DNA of 62,806 nucleotides, the filler included. It is 7 parts of 7 records of this genome, joined end to end, with 100 filler letters (N's around TTAATTAATTAA, not from the genome) between each part and the next. Parts side by side here need not be neighbours in the genome. Positions count along the whole stretch, not along the records: positions 30,500 to 50,256 come from SRR9188677_228; positions 50,357 to 53,996 come from SRR9188677_229; positions 54,097 to 58,797 come from SRR9188677_230; 4 more parts are not named here. One strand, written 5' to 3'. The translations under genes were made by a program, and so were the position numbers. Shown here piece after piece: positions 46,309 through 56,395 of the stretch. The notes under the pieces were generated by a model that saw only the letters and a list, made by a program, of their open reading frames with translations, searched no databases and was not told where the DNA came from. Within the stretch, counting starts at the first letter, position 1, and each line of letters opens with the position of its first letter.

Positions 46309-47451
46309 ATGGATTTCAACTATACAGATACCCAGATGCAAATCGCTGAAATGGTTCGCGATTTCGGCAACAAGAACATCCGCCCCCACATGATGGACTG
46401 GGATGAAACACAAAAATTCCCTGTTGAGCTGTTTCACAAAATGGGAGAGCTGGGCCTGATGGGCGTACTGGTACCTGCAGAATATGGCGGTAGCGGACTG
46501 GGCTATTTTGAATATGTAACCGTAGTTAGCGAGGTAGCTAAGATATGCAGCTCTATAGGTCTTTCTGTAGCAGCGCACAACTCGCTTTGCACAGGGCACA
46601 TCCTGTACTTTGGTAACGAAGAACAAAAGAAGAAATACCTGCCTAAACTGGCAAGCGGTGAATGGATAGGCGCTTGGGGACTTACAGAAGCTAATACAGG
46701 TAGCGATGCGGGCAATATGCGTTGCGTAGCTACACGCGATGGCAACGACTGGATACTGAACGGCACAAAGAACTGGATTACACACGGTATTAGCGGCAAT
46801 GTAGCTGTGGTACTGGCTCGTACAGGCGAACCGCGTGCTAAGAACAACGTGACTGCATTTGTGGTAGAACGTGGCACTCCGGGCTTCAGCGCAGGTAAGA
46901 AAGAAAACAAACTGGGCATGCGTGCTTCAGAAACCGCAGAGTTGATTTTTGACAACTGCCGTATATCTGATGCACAGCGTCTGGGTGAAGTAGGTGATGG
47001 CTTCAAACAAGCTATGAAAGTACTGGACGGTGGCCGTATATCTATAGCTGCGTTGTCTCTGGGTATTGCAAAAGGTGCTTACGAAGCTGCTTTGAAGTAT
47101 TCTAAAGAGCGTCAGCAGTTCGATCAACCGATATCTAACTTCCAGGCAATTGCCTTCAAACTGGCAGATATGGCTACTAAAATTGAAGTAGCTGAAATGC
47201 TGATATACCAGGCAGCAGACATGAAAAACCGTGGTGTAAAAATGACCAAGGAATCTGCAATGGCTAAATACTATGCTTCTGAAATATGCGTACAGATATC
47301 TACAGATGCTGTACAGGTATTCGGCGGTTATGGTTACACAAAAGACTTCCCTGTAGAGAAATTCTACCGCGACAGTAAGCTGTGTACTATCGGCGAGGGT
47401 ACATCAGAAATTCAGAAACTGGTTATCTCGAGAGATATTCTTACTCAATAA
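46309..47451 (+). CDS. Acyl-CoA dehydrogenase
   Basis: LTEANTGSD, NGTKNWIT, R.QFDQPI, FGGYGY, IGEGTSEIQ. Confidence 0.96.
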   Translation: MDFNYTDTQMQIAEMVRDFGNKNIRPHMMDWDETQKFPVELFHKMGELGLMGVLVPAEYGGSGLGYFEYVTVVSEVAKICSSIGLSVAAHNSLCTGHILYFGNEEQKKKYLPKLASGEWIGAWGLTEANTGSDAGNMRCVATRDGNDWILNGTKNWITHGISGNVAVVLARTGEPRAKNNVTAFVVERGTPGFSAGKKENKLGMRASETAELIFDNCRISDAQRLGEVGDGFKQAMKVLDGGRISIAALSLGIAKGAYEAALKYSKERQQFDQPISNFQAIAFKLADMATKIEVAEMLIYQAADMKNRGVKMTKESAMAKYYASEICVQISTDAVQVFGGYGYTKDFPVEKFYRDSKLCTIGEGTSEIQKLVISRDILTQ

Positions 47452-47471
47452 CACGACATATCATTCTTAGT

Positions 47472-47507
47472 AAAATTAACCCCGCATTAAAGCGGGGTTA
47501 ATTTTTT
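47472..47507 (+). terminator. Intrinsic terminator
   Basis: AAAATTAACCCCGC-ATTAAA-GCGGGGTTAATTTT plus T run. Confidence 0.8.
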
Positions 47508-47597
47508 ATATTATATTTCTTTATATCAATGTTTGTTGTTAAATTAGATTAATCACCATATTAATCACCGCTTTTATCACCTCTAAATATCAACAAC

Positions 47598-49802
47598 ATG
47601 AAACTAACAACAGCCCTCTTTGGCGGCCTTCGGTCGTACACCCAAAACCTCAGACACTACACTACCGCAACAATCACACTCTTATTGACGCTCCTTTCTG
47701 TTACTACATTTGGCCAGGTTATCCGGAATTACATGCAGAATAACAATGTAAAAAACTATGCTATAGAAGAACGCCCCGGTACATCAGGGAACCAGTTTGT
47801 TATGGCGGGTACTATTTTCGATAATAATATTCCTTCAGATCCTAATGCAGCAGTGGGCCGAGGCATCCACTTTATGCGGGTTGACGGACAAGGCAAGACA
47901 ATGTTGTATGCCGGCACTCCATCATACGCTGTAACCATGAGATACAACTTCAATGCTTATGCAGATGTAAGATGCGTAGATATTGTACCTAATACCAATA
48001 AACAGTCCATCATTATTGCACAAGCCAGACATGTTGTTGACCCATCAAATTTTCTGGCAAATAAAGATGTTGTGCTGGTGCTGAGGGTAGATAATGAATC
48101 AGGTACCCTATTGACAACAACTGAACTTTCATATCCCGGGGGTTCGTGGATGTATGACAATATATATGCAACCCATGGTATAGTACACAGAGACAATAAC
48201 AATTCTCAAAACTACCTGTATATCTGCGGATATGATGCCATTGAAACATCTTATCCCAACTACCCGGAATATACCCCTCACGCAGGCCCTTCCTGCTTCG
48301 ACAAACGTATATTGGTTATGAAGTACGACCTCGCAACCAATGCTGTTGTGTGTAGCAGAACCTGGGATTATCCATGGCCTACTTGCTCTATTAATCCACC
48401 TTCATTCCCATACATCTGGGACTTTGACATAGCTATGCGATTGATACCAATGAGTGATGGTACCGGGGATATTTATGTAACCGGTAGTACCAATTCTGAC
48501 TATGCATACGACTACAGATACCCACCTGTATCAATGATGATTCCTGCATCAGGTGCAGCCACACTATCACTGAGGATAGATGAAACAAATACAGGCGCAA
48601 ATGGACTGAATACTGTGGCTGTAAGGCCATTTATTGAACATATCTATCCTAACCTTGGCGACCACTACGAAACATATGAACATGGCTTTGGTGCCTTCGA
48701 AGACAATGCCGGCAGTGGCTTGTATGTTTTTAGTAACAGATTTGCACCAGGGTCTGCAAACGGATATGGCATGACCAACTATGGTCCAACCATCAAAATG
48801 ACCTATATAGACAAAGCTACACTAGGTTTTAATCCTTACCCTGACATGCACAGAATGATGTGGGGGGCTATAGACTATGACTGGGGTACACAAGTAATAC
48901 CTAGCGCAAACGGTGGCAACAAATTATACCTTACAGGCTTACAATTTGGCTGGGACGGAACTGCATGCGGTTCGCCAACATCGCCAAGCCTTACACCAAA
49001 CTGGTTAAATAACACCAATCCATTCTATGCAGAACTTGAACCTTCATGGACGCCTGGTTCGCCTAGCACAATTGGGCTTACTAGCACTAATTTCTGGAAG
49101 GTATTCTTCACCATGAATGGCACGGGTTATTTCAACACACTTGGTGGCGGGTTCTCAAACCCTTATTGGGCTACAGAATTTGCAGCAAATAGCGCTACAA
49201 CAACGGGGCCTGTATTTACATCGCCTTCATGGAATCCTAACGCAAACGTAAGTGGTGGTTTAAATCATAAATTCAATCGTACCGATGCCAATGGTAATCT
49301 ACCGATTACGAGCACGCAATGTGATAACGCATACATGAACTGTGCGCACACATATGTAACACCTATTGACATTACCGATGCATGGGTATTCAATACGCAC
49401 GTGGAAGATCAACCGAATGTAAATACAATTGCGATTGCCAAAGAGGAAATTTTCTATCCGATCTCTTACGATCCGTATTGTAATGAACCAGGATTTACTC
49501 CGATGTACAAGACTACCGGTGTCACGTCTGCCAACAATTCGGATTTCCATTTTGATGTTTATCCCAATCCTGCAAAAGACAATGTATTTGTAACCCTTAA
49601 CGGCACAATTGCAGACGAGAACATAAAAATCGAGCTAACAAACATCCTGGGCCAGCAAGTAGCCGAATTATATAATGGTAAAGCTTCTGCACTAAATGCA
49701 AATCAGAAATTATCATTAGGCAATACAGCTAAGGGCACATATATCTTGAAGATAAGCGCAAAAGGAAAATCGCTCTACGCAAATAAATTGATTGTACAAT
49801 AA
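47598..49802 (+). CDS. Large T9SS-secreted protein of unknown function
   Basis: C-terminal VYPNPAKD...GTYILKI...KLIVQ; hydrophobic N-terminal signal region. Confidence 0.82.
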   Translation: MKLTTALFGGLRSYTQNLRHYTTATITLLLTLLSVTTFGQVIRNYMQNNNVKNYAIEERPGTSGNQFVMAGTIFDNNIPSDPNAAVGRGIHFMRVDGQGKTMLYAGTPSYAVTMRYNFNAYADVRCVDIVPNTNKQSIIIAQARHVVDPSNFLANKDVVLVLRVDNESGTLLTTTELSYPGGSWMYDNIYATHGIVHRDNNNSQNYLYICGYDAIETSYPNYPEYTPHAGPSCFDKRILVMKYDLATNAVVCSRTWDYPWPTCSINPPSFPYIWDFDIAMRLIPMSDGTGDIYVTGSTNSDYAYDYRYPPVSMMIPASGAATLSLRIDETNTGANGLNTVAVRPFIEHIYPNLGDHYETYEHGFGAFEDNAGSGLYVFSNRFAPGSANGYGMTNYGPTIKMTYIDKATLGFNPYPDMHRMMWGAIDYDWGTQVIPSANGGNKLYLTGLQFGWDGTACGSPTSPSLTPNWLNNTNPFYAELEPSWTPGSPSTIGLTSTNFWKVFFTMNGTGYFNTLGGGFSNPYWATEFAANSATTTGPVFTSPSWNPNANVSGGLNHKFNRTDANGNLPITSTQCDNAYMNCAHTYVTPIDITDAWVFNTHVEDQPNVNTIAIAKEEIFYPISYDPYCNEPGFTPMYKTTGVTSANNSDFHFDVYPNPAKDNVFVTLNGTIADENIKIELTNILGQQVAELYNGKASALNANQKLSLGNTAKGTYILKISAKGKSLYANKLIVQ

Positions 49803-49818
49803 GCGTGCTATCAATTGA

Positions 49819-49859
49819 AATTAAAGAAAAGCCCCGCAATGCGGGGCTTTTCTTTAATT
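49819..49859. terminator. Bidirectional terminator
   Basis: AATTAAAGAAAAGCCCCGCA-A-TGCGGGGCTTTTCTTTAATT. Confidence 0.85.
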
Positions 49860-49871
49860 GTTTTGTAGTTA

Positions 49872-50256
49872 TTAATAATCCCCAATTGTTGATGGCAACT
49901 GTGCCAGAGCAGCTTCCAACTGAGCATCGTTTGGCGCAATACCGTGCCATTCGTGTGTGCCTTCCATGAAGTCTACACCTTTACCCATTGCAGTATGCAT
50001 CAGTATGCAAACAGGCTTGCCATTACCACATGCAGCTTTTGCAGCTTCCAGTGTATTGATAACCTGCTGCATATCATTACCTTCTTTCAGCTCTATTACA
50101 TGCCATCCGAATGCTTCGAATTTTGCCTGCAGAGAACCTAAGTTCATTACTTTATCTGTAGGGCCGTCAATCTGCTGACCATTGTAATCTATTGTTGCAA
50201 TCAGGTTGTCTACTTTGTGGTGAGCAGCAAACATGATAGCTTCCCAGTTCTGGCCT
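49872..50256 (-). CDS. Transketolase N-terminal (TPP-binding) subunit, 3' fragment
   Basis: GQNWEA.MFAAH..DNL, NGQQIDG, GKGVDFME..WHG. Confidence 0.9.
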
Positions 50257-50356
50257 NNNNNNNNNNNNNNNNNNNNNNNNNNNNNNNNNNNNNNNNNNNN
50301 TTAATTAATTAANNNNNNNNNNNNNNNNNNNNNNNNNNNNNNNNNNNNNNNNNNNN
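50257..50356. other. Artificial contig spacer
   Basis: N44-TTAATTAATTAA-N44. Confidence 0.99.
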
Positions 50357-50488
50357 GGTGGACTTGCCGCAGCCGGAGGGGCCGAGCAGCACGACGAACT
50401 CGCCGTCGGCGATCTCGACGCTCAGCTCGTCGATGACCTTGAGCTCGCCATAGGCGATGTCGAGACTGCGGACCGAAACACTGGCCAT
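50357..50488 (-). CDS. Sugar ABC transporter ATPase (MalK-like), 5' fragment
   Basis: [16 protein letters not shown] Walker A. Confidence 0.9.
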
Positions 50489-50492
50489 TTTG

Positions 50493-51398
50493 CTAACCCT
50501 TGACCGCGCCGGCCGCGATACCGCGGACAAACCAGCGTCCTGAGAGGAAGTAGACCGCCAGCGGCAGCAGCGCGGTGATCATGGTCGCCGCCATGTTCAC
50601 GTTGTACTCCTTCTCGCCGAGGGTTGAATTGACGACGTTGTTGAGCTGCACGGTCATCGGCAGGTTGTCCGGACCGGCGAACACCTGGCCGAACAGGAAG
50701 TCGTTCCAGACGCTGGTCGCCTGCATGATCACCGACACCACGATGATCGGCACCGCCAGCGGCAGCATGACGAAGATGAAGATCTGCGCGAAATTGGCGC
50801 CGTCGATGCGCGCCGCCTTCACCAGGTCGATCGGCAGCCCGATGAAGAAGTTGCGGAACATCAGGGTGAGGATCGGCAGCCCGAAAATGGTGTGCACGAG
50901 AACGATCCCCGGCAGCGTGCCGAACAGCCCGACGCTCGAAAACGCCCGCACCATTGGGTAGAGGAACACTTGGTAGGGGATGAAGGCCCCGACCAGCAGG
51001 ATGCCGAAGATCAGCTCGGCGCCCCGTGCCTTCCAGAACGACAGCGCGTAGCCAGTCCAGGCGGCGAGCGCGATCGGCAGCACGACGCTGGGGATCAGAA
51101 TACGCACCGAGTTCCAGAACCCGACGCTGATGCCGTCGCAGTTGAGCCCGGTGCAGGCGCTGGACCAGGCCTTGCTCCAGGCATCGAGACTGGGCGCCTG
51201 CGGCAAAGCGAAGATGTTGCCGACGCGGATCTCGGGCATCCCCTTCAGCGAGGTGATGATCATCACGTAGAGCGGCAGGGCGAAAAACAGCCCGGCGCCG
51301 ATCAGGAACACATAGAGCCCGACACGGCCGATGCCGCGGCGTGCCGGCGCCGGGCCGCTCGGCCCCTCCCCCATCGGCATGGTGGCTGGCTCGCTCAT
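50493..51398 (-). CDS. Carbohydrate ABC permease (MalG-like)
   Basis: KAARIDGA loop; GIAAGAVKG end; start MSEPAT overlaps the upstream stop. Confidence 0.92.
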   Translation of the reverse strand: MSEPATMPMGEGPSGPAPARRGIGRVGLYVFLIGAGLFFALPLYVMIITSLKGMPEIRVGNIFALPQAPSLDAWSKAWSSACTGLNCDGISVGFWNSVRILIPSVVLPIALAAWTGYALSFWKARGAELIFGILLVGAFIPYQVFLYPMVRAFSSVGLFGTLPGIVLVHTIFGLPILTLMFRNFFIGLPIDLVKAARIDGANFAQIFIFVMLPLAVPIIVVSVIMQATSVWNDFLFGQVFAGPDNLPMTVQLNNVVNSTLGEKEYNVNMAATMITALLPLAVYFLSGRWFVRGIAAGAVKG

Positions 51399-52327
51399 GC
51401 CCCGGCTCTCCGTTTGGGCTTGCGGAAATACTGCACGTAGACATAGGGCACGACGATCGCACTGACGGTGATCAGCAGCACCGTCGCGGCGCTCATCGCC
51501 AGCCCGACATTGGCGCGGCGGAACAGGTATTCCATGATATACTTGGTCGGCACCTCGGTCGCCATGCCGGGGCCGCCATTGGTCATGGCGATGACCAGCT
51601 CGTAGACCTTCACCCCGGCGAGAGTGAGCAGGATCGTCGCGGTGATCAGCATCGGCTTCAGCTGCGGCAGGACGATGTGGAAATAGTAGCGCCAGCGCGG
51701 CACGCCCTCGAGCTGCGCCGCGCTCCAGAGCTGCGGATCGATGCCGCGCAACCCGGCCAGCAGCAGCGCCATCACCAGCCCCGAGGCCTGCCAGGTGCCG
51801 GCCATCACCAGCACCAGGATGGCGAGATCGGGGTCGATGATCCAGTCGAGCCGCAGCCCGGCAAAGCCGAGGTCGATCGCTACCCGCTGCAACCCCAGCG
51901 TCGGGTTCATGATCCACTGCCAGACGAGGCCGGTGACGATAAACGACATGCCCTGCGGATAGAGGAACAGCGTGCGGAACGCTCCCTCCGCCTTCACCCG
52001 CTGGTCGAGCGCCACGGCGAGCAAGAATCCCAGCACCAGGCTGACGACGATGAAGATCGAGCAGTAGAAGAACAGGTTGGAGATCGAGATCTGCCACTTC
52101 GCATCGGCGAACAGCCGCTGGTACTGCATGGTGCCAGCAAAGCTGTTGGTCGGCACGAGCTTGGACGAGGTGAACGACATCCACACCGTCCAGATGACGG
52201 TGCCGACATAGGCGAGAATGGCGATCAGTGCCGCCGGCAGCAGCGCCGCGTAGACCGCCCAGTTACGCAGCTCGGGTAACCGCCTTCGGCGCTGTTCCAG
52301 TGTGCCCTCCATCGCCTGCTGCGCCAT
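51395..52327 (-). CDS. Carbohydrate ABC permease (MalF-like)
   Basis: AGLRGID..AAQLEG; TNGGPG. Confidence 0.92.
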   Translation of the reverse strand: MAQQAMEGTLEQRRRRLPELRNWAVYAALLPAALIAILAYVGTVIWTVWMSFTSSKLVPTNSFAGTMQYQRLFADAKWQISISNLFFYCSIFIVVSLVLGFLLAVALDQRVKAEGAFRTLFLYPQGMSFIVTGLVWQWIMNPTLGLQRVAIDLGFAGLRLDWIIDPDLAILVLVMAGTWQASGLVMALLLAGLRGIDPQLWSAAQLEGVPRWRYYFHIVLPQLKPMLITATILLTLAGVKVYELVIAMTNGGPGMATEVPTKYIMEYLFRRANVGLAMSAATVLLITVSAIVVPYVYVQYFRKPKRRAGA

Positions 52328-52329
52328 CG

Positions 52330-52797
52330 TCAGAGCCGCGGCAGCAAGCCAGCATAGACGCCGGGTTTGGAGTTAGGAATCTCGATGGCGTCGAGGCGTT
52401 TGGTGTAGAACGCCACCGGGCCAGGATCGCCGATAATGGCGTAGCCGTAGCCGGCCTCGCGCATGCCCCATAGCGTGCTCATCAGCAGCGCATCGCCGAT
52501 GCCCTTGCCACGCTCCTCGGGATCGACCCCGGTTGGTCCAAAGAAGCCCTTGGCAGTGCCATCATGGCAGGCGAAACCTAGAAGCTTATTGTCGCGCACC
52601 GCGATCCAACAGCTTACCGGCTGGCCACCGAATGCCATCTCGCACTCGCTGGCCCAGTGGGTGTTGAAGGTGTGCGCGATCCAGGCGCTGACCAGGCCTT
52701 TCTCTGGCCCGAGGGCGCGGCGAATACTGGTGCCGTCGGCCAGCTCGGTCGGAGGGCGTGGAGGCAGGGCATAAAGCCGCACGAGCAGGTCGGACAT
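52330..52797 (-). CDS. GNAT-family N-acetyltransferase
   Basis: FGPTGVDPEERGKGIG acetyl-CoA motif; start MSDLLVRLY. Confidence 0.88.
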   Translation of the reverse strand: MSDLLVRLYALPPRPPTELADGTSIRRALGPEKGLVSAWIAHTFNTHWASECEMAFGGQPVSCWIAVRDNKLLGFACHDGTAKGFFGPTGVDPEERGKGIGDALLMSTLWGMREAGYGYAIIGDPGPVAFYTKRLDAIEIPNSKPGVYAGLLPRL

Positions 52798-52833
52798 TGA
52801 GGGGAACCCAGATTGACGTTCGCCAAGCTGTAA

Positions 52834-52850
52834 TATCTTATTATAAGATA
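52834..52850. promoter_or_regulatory. AT-rich palindromic operator candidate in a divergent promoter
   Basis: TATCTTAT-T-ATAAGATA; TTGACG at 52813. Confidence 0.6.
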
Positions 52851-52867
52851 ATTGCAACTGCGGCGGA

Positions 52868-53623
52868 GTGCCTTGCGTGTCCCTGAATGTCCTTTTCGTT
52901 GGCGAGACCAACATCGTCTACCTGACCGAGCATAAGGGGCTCGATAGCTTCACCCAGACCCGCTACACCGAATACGCCTCGGTGTTCGGCAGGACGCTGA
53001 CCGCGGCCGGACACCGCTTCACCCACATCCCCTGCCACCTCGTCCAGACCGATTTCCCGCGGACGATCGAGGCGCTGCAGGCCTACGACGTGGTGATCCT
53101 CAGCGATGTCGGCGCCAACACCATGCTGCAGCGCCCGGACTCGTTCGCGCCCTCGAGCAACAACCTGAAGCTGATCCGGGATTTTGTCGCCGTGGGCGGC
53201 GGCTGCATCATGATCGGCGGCTATCTCAGCTTTGCCGGCATCGAGGGCAAGGCGCGCTACCACCTGACGCCGATCGAGGACATCCTGCCGGTGGAGATTG
53301 AGCCCTACGACGACCGGGTCGAAGACCCCGAAGGCATCGCCGTGGAACTGAGCCCTGCCCCGCACCCAGTGATCACCGGCCTGCCCGACGCGGTGCCGCA
53401 CGTCTTCGGCTACAACCGCGTCGCGCTCAAATCCGGCGCCGAAATGCTGGCCCAGACCGCATTGGGCGATCCGCTGATCGTGCTCGGCGGGTATGGGGGC
53501 GGCAGAGCCATCGCCTACACCACCGACTGCGTGCAGGACTGGGCATCACCGGAATTGCTGGCGTGGAGCCACTACGGACAACTGTGGGACAGGCTAGTGC
53601 AGTGGGTGGCGGGGCGGTTATAG
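52868..53623 (+). CDS. Class I glutamine-amidotransferase-like protein (DUF1355 type)
   Basis: VLFVGE, KG.DSF, YDVVILSDVGANT, IGGYLSFAGIEGKARY, DDRVE.PEG. Confidence 0.82.
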   Translation: MPCVSLNVLFVGETNIVYLTEHKGLDSFTQTRYTEYASVFGRTLTAAGHRFTHIPCHLVQTDFPRTIEALQAYDVVILSDVGANTMLQRPDSFAPSSNNLKLIRDFVAVGGGCIMIGGYLSFAGIEGKARYHLTPIEDILPVEIEPYDDRVEDPEGIAVELSPAPHPVITGLPDAVPHVFGYNRVALKSGAEMLAQTALGDPLIVLGGYGGGRAIAYTTDCVQDWASPELLAWSHYGQLWDRLVQWVAGRL

Positions 53624-53647
53624 GGGGCCGGGTGGCCGCGCGCGGTA

Positions 53648-53690
53648 CTCTCGATAATCCTCCCCGCGTGGCGAGGGAGGATTACGAGAG
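53648..53690. terminator. Hairpin between convergent genes
   Basis: ctctcg-a-taatcctccc...gggaggatta-cgagag. Confidence 0.55.
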
Positions 53691-53701
53691 GCCGGTAGCC
53701 C

Positions 53702-53996
53702 TCAGATCGCCAGATACTCCCGCCGCAGCGCCTCGTCGGCGAGCACGTCCTTGGCCAGCCCGGTGAAGGCCACCTCGCCAGTATCGAGGATCACTGCGCG
53801 ATCGGCGAGGCGCAGCGCCGCGATGGCGTTTTGCTCGACAATGATGGTGGTGATGCCTAGCGCCTTGATCTCGTTGAGGATGCGTTCGATCTCCTCGACG
53901 ATGACAGGGGCCAGCCCTTCATAGGGCTCGTCGAGCAGCAAAAGCTTCAGGTTGCGGGCCAGGGCCCGGGCGATGGCCAGCATCTGCTGCTCGCCG
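53702..53996 (-). CDS. livF: Branched-chain amino acid ABC ATPase (LivF-like), 3' fragment
   Basis: EQQMLAIARAL, LLLDEP.EGLAP, VEQN. Confidence 0.85.
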
Positions 53997-54096
53997 NNNN
54001 NNNNNNNNNNNNNNNNNNNNNNNNNNNNNNNNNNNNNNNNTTAATTAATTAANNNNNNNNNNNNNNNNNNNNNNNNNNNNNNNNNNNNNNNNNNNN
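53997..54096. other. Artificial contig spacer
   Basis: N44-TTAATTAATTAA-N44. Confidence 0.99.
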
Positions 54097-54552
54097 GAAG
54101 GTCGGCACGCAGACCCCGAGCGTGCACAGGAAGCGCACGGCATTGTCGACGATCGAATTGGGTTTCAGCGCCGCCAGGATGCCGAGCGGCAGCGCCAGCG
54201 ACAGGGCCAGGATCAGCGCGACGAAGGTCAGTTCCAGCGAGGCCGGCAGCCGGTTCTTCAGGTCGGCCAGCACCGGCTGGCCCGTCGTCATCGAGCGGCC
54301 GAGATTGCCGGTGGCGATGTCGCGCAGATAAAGCGCCAGCTGTTGCGGGATCGGCTTGTCGAGCCCCATCTGCTCGCGGATCTGCTCGATCTCCGCCTGG
54401 CCGGCATTCGGGCCGGAGGCGAAGAAGATCGCCGGATCGCCCGGCAGTACACGCATCAGCAGGAAGGTGAAGATCACCACCCCGAGGAGCGCCGGCAGCG
54501 ACGAGACGATCCGTCGCCCCGCCCGCCGCGCGATCACACCTGCAAGACCCAT
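54097..54552 (-). CDS. Peptide/nickel ABC permease (DppB-like), 5' fragment
   Basis: LPGDPA, MGLDKP, GNLGRS, RLPASLEL. Confidence 0.9.
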
Positions 54553-54560
54553 CTGCCCGC

Positions 54561-56174
54561 TCACGCCCGCTTCATGTCGCGATAATCGACCTGGCGGTGA
54601 TAGCCATAGACATAACCATCGATCGTCTTGGCCATGACCGCGTCCTGGTTCGGCTGCCACAGCATGATCATCGGCACCTCCTCGGCGAGCACGGCGATCA
54701 TCCGCTTGCACAGCTTTTCATAGGTCGCCGCATCCTGCTCGAACCGCGCCTGGGCGGTCAGCGCGTTGATCTCGGCATTGTTCCAGGACGAATAGTTCCA
54801 GCGCTGGTCGCCGGTGAAGAAATTGCGGAAGAAATAGTCGGTCGAGGGCAGCCAGGCGATCGAGGTCTCGGTCAGGAAGGGCAGCTTCTTTTCGGTGACG
54901 AGCGTCGAGATCTGGGCGTCCGGCAGCTTCTGGATGTCGACGCGGATGCCGATCTTGCCGAGCGATTCCTTGATCAGCGCGGCCATCGGCTCGCTGACCG
55001 CGGCCGAGCCGACATTGAACGAGAAGGTGGTGTCGAGCCCGTTGGGGAAGCCGGCCTCGGTCAGCAATTGCTTGGCCTTGGCAAGGTCGGTCTTCAGCGG
55101 CATGGGCTGCGGGAACACCGCCTTGTCCGGATCCCCGGTCCAGGTACCGCCGAACAGCGCCGCGCCGCGCTCGAACAGGGCGGCCTTGAAGATGTCCTGA
55201 TAGGGCATGGCGGCGGCCACCGCCTGGCGCAGCTTCACATTGTTGAACGGCGCCATCTGGGTGTTGAAGGCGACCATGGTGAAGGCGTTGAACTGCGGCG
55301 TCGAGACCACCTTGACCCGCTCGCGGGTCGCCAGCGTCGGCACGTCGCTCGCCTGCAGGTCGATGGCGATATCGGCATCGCCCTTCTCGATCAGGCTGGC
55401 GCGGGTGGCGGCCTCCGGAATGGTCTGGCAGATGACGCGCCGGAAATGCGCCGGCTTGCCGTCCTCGCCGCCCTTCCAGTTGTCGTTGCGGCGCAGCACG
55501 ACCTGCTCGCCCGGTTTGAAGCTCTCGACCATATAGGCGCCGGAACCTGCGGCATTGTCCTTCAGCCAGGCCTGGGCCCAGGGGTCCTGCGCGGTGAGAT
55601 GCGGCTTCACCAGCTTGGTGTTGATGATGATGCAATAGAGCGTGCAGAGGTTCGGCAGCGCCAGCCGGTCGGGCTTGTCGACCTTGGCCTCGACGGTGAA
55701 GGGATCGATGATCTTGAACTGTTCGGGCCTGGTCCAGGACCCGGTCTGGATCTGCGCCGCGGCCAGCGACTTGGCCGAGACGGCCCGGTCGAGCGACCAT
55801 TTCACGTCTTCCGCGGTCACCGGCGAGCCGTCATGGAACTTGGCGTCGCGGCGCAGGTGGAAGGTGAAGGTCATGCCGTCGGGGCTGGTGACCACGCGCT
55901 CGGCCAGCTCGCCGCGAATGGTGTCGGGATCGAACACCCAGCCATTGCCGAGCTTCTTCTTGCCGAAGGAGACCAGCCGGTCATAGACATTGACGCTGAT
56001 GCCGAAGGCCTCGCGGGTCGAGCCCGGCATGGTCGGATCGAGCGTATTGACCGCATTGCCGGTCACCTGGCGCAGCGTTTCGGCGCGGGTCTGGGCCAAG
56101 CTCGGCCCGCTTATGGTCGCGGCCGTGGCCAAGGCGGCCGAACCGGCAAGCACATTCCGACGCGTGATGGTCAT
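54561..56174 (-). CDS. Family-5 ABC substrate-binding protein, Tat-exported
   Basis: TRRNVL Tat signal; AKFHDGSPVTAEDVKWS; GSGAY. Confidence 0.92.
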   Translation of the reverse strand: MTITRRNVLAGSAALATAATISGPSLAQTRAETLRQVTGNAVNTLDPTMPGSTREAFGISVNVYDRLVSFGKKKLGNGWVFDPDTIRGELAERVVTSPDGMTFTFHLRRDAKFHDGSPVTAEDVKWSLDRAVSAKSLAAAQIQTGSWTRPEQFKIIDPFTVEAKVDKPDRLALPNLCTLYCIIINTKLVKPHLTAQDPWAQAWLKDNAAGSGAYMVESFKPGEQVVLRRNDNWKGGEDGKPAHFRRVICQTIPEAATRASLIEKGDADIAIDLQASDVPTLATRERVKVVSTPQFNAFTMVAFNTQMAPFNNVKLRQAVAAAMPYQDIFKAALFERGAALFGGTWTGDPDKAVFPQPMPLKTDLAKAKQLLTEAGFPNGLDTTFSFNVGSAAVSEPMAALIKESLGKIGIRVDIQKLPDAQISTLVTEKKLPFLTETSIAWLPSTDYFFRNFFTGDQRWNYSSWNNAEINALTAQARFEQDAATYEKLCKRMIAVLAEEVPMIMLWQPNQDAVMAKTIDGYVYGYHRQVDYRDMKRA

Positions 56175-56395
56175 GTCACCCTCTCGATTGCTTATTCAGC
56201 CCGCTTTTGCCCAACCTGCCGGCCGCTTCAGGTCATGGTGGCATCGAAGCAATCCACGTACCAGCATCTGCACGTAGCGAATCTTCTCTTCCGCCACGTT
56301 CGGGCGACTCATTTGTTTCAAATGTCGCCTTTGGACGCCTTGGTGTTCAGACAGGTCGTAAAACCACCCGCTGCCGGCTTTTTGTGCAGCCTGCC

